A DNA stretch of 64,000 nt from Octopus vulgaris. Lineage: Eukaryota. The stretch is from contig OX597839.1 in the NCBI GenBank assembly GCA_951406725.2, forward strand, positions 7,936,001 through 8,000,000, read 5' to 3'. The notes below the pieces were generated by a model. That model searched no databases and was not told where the DNA came from. It saw only the letters and a list, made by a program, of their open reading frames with translations. This document shows, piece after piece, positions 54,782-64,000 of the stretch; positions within the stretch are counted from its first letter, which is position 1, and each line of letters starts with the position of its first letter. The translations under genes were made by a program, and so were the position numbers.

Positions 54782-55089
54782 CACATGTATGTACGAATAG
54801 ATGTAACCTTTTAAAATTTGAACAAACAGAAGGTAAGCAGATATGTATGTATAACGGATATTGATCACACACGCACACACAGACTCTTACATACATATAC
54901 ACACACACACACAAACACAGACCCATATATGTATGTACGCAAAGCTGAGTGGTTAACACAAGTGTGGCTTTTCTATAACAAAATATATAGACGTTAGATA
55001 AATTGCATTTGGTTTCGTTAAATAAGCAGTCAACAATTTCAGCGGTAATGGATTGGCAAACAAACTGCAGCCATGTAATGCTGCTGCTG

Positions 55090-55114
55090 CTACGACTACT
55101 ACTACTACTACAAA

Positions 55115-55156
<42 letters not shown>

Positions 55157-55295
55157 AACTACTACTACTACTACTACAACTACTACTACTACTACTACTA
55201 CTACAACTACTACTACTACTACCACTACTACTACTACTACCACTACTACTACTAATACTACTATTACTACAACTACTACTATTACTACTACTACT
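55090..55295. repeat. (CTA)n microsatellite
   Basis: Direct inspection. Confidence 0.95.
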
Positions 55296-56265
55296 GTTAT
55301 TGTTGTTAAACTAATAATAATTGGGTCTTTAGGCCCTTGTGGTTGATTATGGTGACGATGGCGACGAAGGATGATAATGATTATGATGACGATCATCATC
55401 ATCGTAATGATCATCTTCCTCTTCTTCTTCTTCTCCTTCATCATCATCGTCGTCATCATCATCATCATCATCATCATATATGTTATGATTGGAACAAGTA
55501 TCTAAATGCCTAACCGAAATTGCATGGAACAGTTTGTCAGGCAATAAAAAAGAAATCAAACGTTTGAAAAAAGAAAAAAATTAAGTTACGGCTTTCTAAA
55601 GAACTTGTGCTATTTTTCCAGATTTTTGATTTTTGTAATAATTTTCTTTCTTTCATTCTTTGTCACTACAAGTGGCTAGAATCGAACCATTGAATCCTGT
55701 TGATCGTGCCGATAAAGAAAACCAACCACCATTTTTTTTTTTATCGTTTCTTCGACTAACAACACAACGCAAAGAAAGAAAGAAACAAAAATTGGTTTCA
55801 ACTATGAAAGAAAGAGAGCTGCATTCGATTGATTTTTACGTTATAAAAGGGTCTTGTTTGAGCAATCGATTTTAGTTGGTTCTTATTGAAGATAATATGA
55901 AGACGAAGAAAAACAAATCAGGGTTGGCGAAGAAGTGAAGAGGGGCTGAATGTAAAAGATTTAGGAATATAAAAAGAAATATGTAAATAAAAAAAAAATG
56001 GCCAGATACAATAAGACACAAAGAAAACAAAGAAATATGGCTGTAAGACCGCTAAGAAGGTCAAACGATAAAAGTCGTAACATATCAATTTGGTACGTCG
56101 CTATCTTGTAGTGAATACGTGACACAAACTAAGTCTGACTATATAAGTATGTATATCCTTCAGGATGTATGTAGGTATGGTGTTTTCCTGTCGGTAAGTC
56201 ACACTCCAACTATGAATATACGCGCATGCATGTATGTGTGTATGTACAAGCACACGCACACAAAC

Positions 56266-56302
<37 letters not shown>

Positions 56303-56436
56303 CATGTGTATTTACATAAGTTAGAAATTTGCATATGAAAATTGCGTAGTAGATGGAAGGGGCGAAATATCTACATGCGTATATTCATGTCTGCATATAT
56401 CTGCATATATTCGTAAGAATATATATACATATGAAC

Positions 56437-56570
<134 letters not shown>

Positions 56571-56657
56571 ATGTATGTATATATGTATGGATGGATGGAT
56601 GTACACATGGGTACGTATTTGTACATGCATACAATTTTGTGTGTTGCTATACAAACG

Positions 56658-56695
<38 letters not shown>

Positions 56696-56702
56696 CATAC
56701 AC

Positions 56703-56768
<66 letters not shown>

Positions 56769-57241
56769 AATGCACATATATGAGAAAATCAAAGAAGACG
56801 GATGTGTTTGCGAAAATATTAGAAAGAGTTCTTTAAGTAGATTCGACTTTTTTCCTGTCATCTCCCTTATAGAAATACACAACACATATATACATATATA
56901 TACATGTATATATGCATACACCCACACACGTATGTATTGAAATATATATTCTTACATATATGTATATTTAAAAATATAGATGTACATCTATCTACATATA
57001 TATATAAATGTAAATGCATGTATAAATATACATATATATACATATATGTGTGTATGTGTATATATATATATAAATATATATATACCGTTTACTTTTTATT
57101 CAATAAGCTAAGCTAAGACAGGGTGTTTACAGTTAATAATGTAATGTATATATCGATATTGCCGTTATAGGCTCATCGAACATTTTCAATCACTCTTACA
57201 AATTGTTAATCTCGTTTTCTGTCTTCCTTGTTATATACATA

Positions 57242-57337
<96 letters not shown>

Positions 57338-57439
57338 GTGTGTATGTGTGTGTACATGTATATATCTACATATAAATATATATATGTATACATACATAAA
57401 TACACACACACATATACATACACATACATAAATATATAA

Positions 57440-57502
57440 ATATATGTATGTATGTATGTATGTATGTACGTATGTATGTATGTATGTATGTATGTAATTA
57501 TG

Positions 57503-57533
<31 letters not shown>

Positions 57534-57955
57534 TTATGTATGTATGTATGTACATACGTATGTATGTATGTATGTAATTATGTATGTATGTATGTACGTA
57601 TGTATGTATGTACGTATGTACGTATGTATGTATGTATGTATGTATGTATGTATGTATGTATGTATGTGTGTATGTATGTATGTATGTATGTATGTTTGTA
57701 TGTATGTATGTATGTATGTATGTATGTATGTATGTGTGTATGTATGTATATGTATGTATGTATGTATGTGTGTATGTATGTATGTATATATGTATGTATG
57801 TATGTATGTATGTGTGTGTATGTATGTATGTATGTGTGTGTATGTATGTATGTATGTATGTATGTATGTATGTATGTATGTATGTATGTATGTATGTATG
57901 TATATATGTATGTATGTATGTGTGTATGTATGTGTGTATATATGTATGTATGTAT
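57440..57955. repeat. (TATG)n microsatellite
   Basis: Direct inspection. Confidence 0.95.
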
Positions 57956-58379
57956 GCTCGCCACTGCCTTCCTTTCTCCAGCTATAGTCACTCTCCCTAT
58001 CATATTTTACTATATATGTTTCAATGTCGCTTCTCTTCCTCAAATTCTCACCCTCACTCTCAATTTCTCTCGCACTCACTCACTCACTCATACTCTCACT
58101 CACTTTCTTTGTCCTCCACTGTCTCTCTTCTTGCCTCTTTGCCTTTCTTCCGCTCCTTCTCTCCATCTACCTTTCTCTCTTTATAATCATACCGGTAGAA
58201 AAGGATGCACATTGCATCCCTCAAATAAAAATCTTTGTATTACAACTGATGTGATGTCATTTAGGCTACACATACACACACATATACACACAAACACTCG
58301 AACACACACACAAACACACAGACACGCACACTCACATACACTGGGTGGAACACACACAAACACAAGCATACATTCATAT

Positions 58380-58726
58380 ACTCTTTTACTTGTTTCAGCC
58401 ATTTGACTACGGCCATGATGGAGCACCGCCTTTAATCGAGCAAATCGCCCCCAGGACTTATTCCTTGTAAGCCTATCGCTCTCTTTTGCCAAACCGTTAA
58501 GTTACGGGGACGTAAACGCACCAGCATTGGTTGTCAAGCGATGTTGGGGGACGAACACAGACACACAAGCATATACATACATACATATATATATATACAT
58601 ACATATATACGACAGGCTTCTTTCAGTTTCCGTCTACCAAATCCACTCACAAGGCTTTGGTCGACTGAACCCCGAACTATGTGGCTGGTAAGCAAGCTAC
58701 TTACCACACTGCCACTCCTGCGCCTA
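58380..58726 (-). mobile_element. SINE family A with deletions
   Basis: Head and tail of family A. Confidence 0.88.
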
Positions 58727-58736
58727 TGTATATAAA

Positions 58737-58801
<65 letters not shown>

Positions 58802-59075
58802 GTTGGCAGGTAGATAGATACATAGATATTCGCATAACCACGTATTCTGTAACTGGCTTCATTTAGGTTTTAGTTCATACAAATATCAACACCTTATACA
58901 AAAATGGAGGACGAAAACCGAACAGGAACATGAGAGCCAATGAAGAGGAATGGAATAAGAGAATGTGTGTGTGTCACGTGTGTACATAGTGTGTCTATTA
59001 GTGCGTATGTATATGTCCTTTCAAATATGTTCGCAAGCAAGGGAGGTTCGTAATTTTTATGACTAAATATGTATG

Positions 59076-59108
<33 letters not shown>

Positions 59109-59200
59109 GTGTGTGTATGTATGTATGTATGTATGTATGTATGTATGTATGTATGCATGCATGCATGTCTGTATGTACGTACCAACGAATGATAGAATGA

Positions 59201-59251
<51 letters not shown>

Positions 59252-59499
59252 TACATACGGACTTGTAAATATACGCATTTTGAGAATTTATGAATATAGG
59301 CATAGAGCCATATATACTTACAAACACACACAAACACCACCAAATATATATGTGTGTGTGTGTGTGTGTGTATGTTTGTGTGCATATGTATGTAGCTATT
59401 GATGTGTATATATATATGTGTGTGTGTGAATAGATGTGTGTGTGCGTACATAGAGTGTGTTAGAGAGAAATATATTTATAAATGTTTGTGTTAATGTGT

Positions 59500-59539
<40 letters not shown>

Positions 59540-59650
59540 TGTGTGTGTGTGTGTACACACCTATAGGAACATCGGCCAGAAAATGAAAATGATGTTTCAA
59601 ATCTATGCATATGCATATAAAAGTACATACGAACACGCACACACACATAC

Positions 59651-59697
<47 letters not shown>

Positions 59698-59761
59698 TGT
59701 GTGTATAAGAGAGAGAGGAGGGTTAGTAAATATACATATGTATATGTGTGTTCATGCCAGT

Positions 59762-59813
<52 letters not shown>

Positions 59814-60310
59814 GTATGTATATATGTATGTATGTGTGTATATATATATGTGTGTGTGTGTTTGTGTATATATATATATATATATATATACACATAGGCA
59901 CACACTTATAGTGAGAGGAAGAGCGAATGAGAGAGAGAGAGGCGGGTGGCAACAGTGGATGTCCTCTAAGAAGACAGAACCAGAATGAGATAACAAATTA
60001 TTCTGTATTGAAAATGTTTATACATTTAGAAACAGATTTGAAAGCAATGTTTGTTTTTTCAGATTTTCACAAATTTTCCGCCGGATATTGCGTCCCTTCT
60101 TAATGAAAGCTGACAAGACGCCATGTAAAAGCTTCAACTTCTTCTTCCACTAAGAACAAATACGTTTAATGTATTTGCCATTAAACGTGCGTTTTGGTTT
60201 TTGTTTTTTGTTTTTTTTTTCTCTTTTCTTACTTCTTCAAAATTTCAGGTTTCAGGTTGATAAATAGTCACATTGCCCATATATATATATATATATAAAA
60301 ATTTAAACAT

Positions 60311-60367
<57 letters not shown>

Positions 60368-60371
60368 TATT

Positions 60372-60603
60372 TACTCTTTTACTCTTTTACTCTTTTACTT
60401 GTTTCAGTCATTTGACTGCGGCCATACTGGAGCACCGCCTTTAATCGAGCAACTCGACCCCGGGACTTATTCTTTTGTAAGCCCAGTACTTATTCTATCG
60501 GTCTCTTTAGCCGAACCGCTAAGTTACGGGGACGTAAACACACCAGCATCGGTTGTCAAGCAATGCTAGGGGGACAAACACAGACACACAAACACACACA
60601 CGC

Positions 60604-60634
<31 letters not shown>

Positions 60635-60960
60635 TACGACGGGCTTCTTTCAGTTTCCGTCTACCAAATCCACTCACAAGGCATTGGTCGGCCCGGGGCT
60701 ATAGCAGAAGACACGTGCCCAAGATGCTACGCAGTGGGACTGAACCCGGAACCATGTGGTTGGTTAGCAAGCTACTTACCACACAGAACTCCTGTATATA
60801 TATATACATATACTTATATATAGATAGACATATATACTCGTTTACTCTTTTACTTGTTTCAGTCATTTTACTGTGGCCATGCTGGAGCACCGTCTTTAGT
60901 CGAGCAAATCGACCCCGGGACTTATTCTTTGTAAGCCTAGTACTTATTTCATCGGTGTCT
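60372..60960 (-). mobile_element. SINE family A, one near-full copy plus a 3' fragment
   Basis: Copies at 60372-60795 and 60842-60960. Confidence 0.88.
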
Positions 60961-61499
60961 CTTGTGTCCAAGAAAATTTCTCATCTGCAATACGAGAAGA
61001 GAAAAGGTGACCAATGGGCAAATTCGAAGGAATGTAAGGCAAGTCGCCTTGAAGTTTCAGTTTCTGATCTGTGTGATCTGAGATAAAATCTGTGGGAGGC
61101 CTTGAAAGGTAAACACGTAGACGGCATTGCAATTCTTTCACTGACTAATCGGTAAAAAGAACAATACTCTCACATTTTGACCAAGCGTACCTTCACCCTA
61201 TGAGGTGTGACCACCGTTTGGGCAATGTAGAGAATGCAACAAGTCCTGATAGTCAAATTGTATGCCATTAACTACTGCATGTTGCATCGGACTGTATGAC
61301 CGTCAGCTAGGTGGAAACAGTACAGCTGGAAAAATAGAGCTTTGTTAGCCCCTAAGGGTTCGCCCCTAAGGGTTCACCTGACAACATGCTCGATTACAGC
61401 TGACATTAGGCTACATAACAGCAATAACTTAGATCCCTTGTTAAAGGTGAGTATCTATACATATCACATCTTACACAGACGACACTCTTAGTGTTGTAG

Positions 61500-61830
61500 T
61501 CTGGACTGGCACTCCGTCGGTTACGACGACGAGTGTTCCAGCTGATCCGATGCATGAAACAACCTGTTCGTGAAATAGACGAGCAAGTTGCTGAGCACCC
61601 GAAAGACACGCGTACCCTCAGCACAGTTCTCAAGGAGATTCAGTGAGGCACAAAATGTGACAAGGCTGGCCCTCTGAAATATAGGTTGAAATCTTTTTTT
61701 TGCCACCTGAGTCGACGGGAGCAACGGGAAATAAAGTGTTTTGCTCAAGGACACAGCGTACCTCCAGGTATTGAACTTACGATCTTACGATCGTGAAGCA
61801 ATTATTCCAACCACTGAGCCACGCGCCTTC
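61500..61830 (-). mobile_element. Diverged tRNA-derived SINE related to family C
   Basis: Minus-strand head GGCGCGTGGCTCAGTGGTTGG..AGTTCAATACC, followed by TGTCCTTGAGCAAAACACTT. Confidence 0.7.
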
Positions 61831-62147
61831 ACGTTGTCTGGACAGCCAACAATCACACGAGTCTTTGTACGCCAACCATAGCTCGCTCAAGATATGTTGC
61901 TTGTTTATCGGTGGTTAATAAAAACTTCGACTACATGACATTTCAAGGAACCATTTCCACAGGTGACTGGAGAATTACGTCTAATCGCAACTGAATGAGA
62001 CATTTCGTGAACTTTTATATCCAACAGATGTTGCGGTATTTCATAGTAGCAGACGTGCGTGATATACTAACCTAAAAGTCTGCTGTTTTTTGCGAATCAA
62101 TAAAACTCAGCTCAGCTAAGTCAAGTATAATATTTTTTATTTATTAT

Positions 62148-62712
62148 TTATGCGCCCTTTTAAAGCCTAGCCAGGCTCATGGGCCCGGTTTCTTGGTTTC
62201 TGTGGCGTATGTGTTCCCCACTCCAGCTGGACGGGGCGCCAGTCCATCGCAGCGTTACTCAAGAAACAGGAAGAGAGAGTGAAAGAAAGTTGGGGCGAAA
62301 GTGTACAACAAGGGGTCGCCACCATCCCTTGCAGGAGCCTCGTGAAGCTTTAGGTGTTTTCGCTCAATAAACACACACAACGCCCGGTCTGGGAATCGAA
62401 ACCGCGATCCTCCGACCGCGAATCCGCTGCCCTAACCACTGGGCCATTGCGCCTCCACAAATAAATGCGCCCTTTTAAAACCTAGCCATGCTCATGGGCC
62501 CGATTTCCCGGTTTCAATGGTGTTTGTGTTCCCCGGCTGAACGGGACGCCAGTCCATCGCAGCGTTACTCATTTTTGCCAGCTGAGTGGACTGGAGCAAC
62601 GTGAAATGAAGTGTTTTGCAGAAGAACACAACGCGTGACCCGGTCCAGGAATCGAAACCACACTCTTACGATCACGTTGCTGACACACTAAACACTAAGC
62701 CACGCGCCTCCA
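62148..62712 (-). mobile_element. Two adjacent family C-type SINEs sharing a 3' tail
   Basis: ATGCGCCCTTTTAAA.CCTAGCCA.GCTCATGGGCCC at 62150 and 62465; tRNA-like heads ending at 62457 and 62712. Confidence 0.85.
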
Positions 62713-62844
62713 CATTATGATTTTAGGACAAACTAATTTTAAGTGAGCATAACTGATCCACATCGTCCTCATTTTCCTGTTTCCAATCACCTGAATCCTG
62801 TAGTGAGACATTGTCTGGGCTGTTGAACAATTTGGTGTATATAC

Positions 62845-63292
62845 CTATTTCTTTACTACTCATAAGGGGCTAAACACAGAGGGGACAAACAAGGACAGAC
62901 AAACGGATTGAGTCGATTACATCGACCCCAGTGCATCACTGGTACTTGATTTATCGACCTGAAAGGATGAAAGGCAAAGTCGACCTCGGCGGAATTTGAA
63001 CTCACAATGTAACGGCAGACGAAATACGGCTACACATTTCGCCCGGCGTGCTAACGATTCTTATTTCTTTACTACCCACAAGGGGCTAAACACAGAGAAG
63101 ACAAACAAGGACAGACAAACGGATTAAGTCGATTACATCGACTCCAGTGCATAACTGGTATTTAATTTATCGACCTGAAAGGATGAAAGGCAAAGTCGAC
63201 CTCGGCGGAATTTGAACTCGGAACGTAACGGCAGACGAAATACGGCTACGCATTTCGCCCGGCGTGCTAACGTTTCTGCCAGCTCACCGCCT
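62845..63292 (-). mobile_element. SINE family B tandem dimer
   Basis: Two ~215-bp units. Confidence 0.9.
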
Positions 63293-63707
63293 TATGTGGT
63301 GTATATACCATCAACGAAAAAACCCTTTCATAACATCGCTCAATAATTACATGAAATGCTAAAGTGGTGAGATGGGAGAACCGTTAGCATGACGGAGAAA
63401 ATGCTTAATGATATTTCGTCCCCGGGAATTGATGGCCTTGTGCCAAAATTTAAAAGCAATAACCACAAGAGAGATTAAGTTAATTCTACATCACTATTAT
63501 CATTACATCACATCGGATACGGTTTTCAGTTACTGATATCGTCTGTGTGTCGCGATTTTTCTAGTGAGCTGAGCCAGGATACCATAAGGTAAGCCATAAA
63601 TATAATTTGCCAATAATAATAACATTCTTAGTTTAATGTCAGAGAAAAGTATAGAACCCGGAACCATGAGGTTAAGAACCAAACTTCTTACGACAGCACT
63701 ATGACTG

Positions 63708-63785
<78 letters not shown>

Positions 63786-63921
63786 CTGCGTGTGCTGCGT
63801 GTGCTGCGTGTTGTGTGTGTGTGTGTGTGTGTGTGTGCTGCGTGTTGTGTGTGGTTGTCTTAACGTATGTCTGTATGCGTATATATGTGTGTGTGTGTAT
63901 GTATATATATATACATATTTG

Positions 63922-63967
<46 letters not shown>

Positions 63968-64000
63968 TACATACATAAAGGCGGCGAGCTGGCAGAAACG

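Overview
AT-rich, microsatellite-saturated eukaryotic DNA. The SINE families resemble octopus SINEs as I recall them, so a cephalopod origin is an inference. I found no host protein-coding gene I can support, and nearly all ORFs in the track are translated microsatellites. The window holds three or four tRNA-derived SINE families in many copies and fragments of RTE, CR1-group and R4/Dong non-LTR retrotransposons. It also has a Penelope-like GIY-YIG endonuclease fragment missed by the ORF track, a cluster of Tc1/mariner elements and MITEs, and a Helitron-like element carrying a GC-rich 70-bp hairpin tandem array. The main unannotated signal is a set of type I hammerhead ribozyme (HHR) motifs. 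One is fully canonical (6870-6920, minus). One lies in a retrozyme-like direct/inverted repeat unit (29.15-29.91 kb) and one lies downstream of the GIY-YIG frame. Several have non-canonical cores (G3:C8, A3:U8, A6U) in foldback or TA-embedded elements. Also notable are a SINE/LINE shared 3' tail with a compensatory stem-loop and a triplicated, possibly mucin-like Thr-rich module. Coordinates were read by eye and may be off by a few bases.
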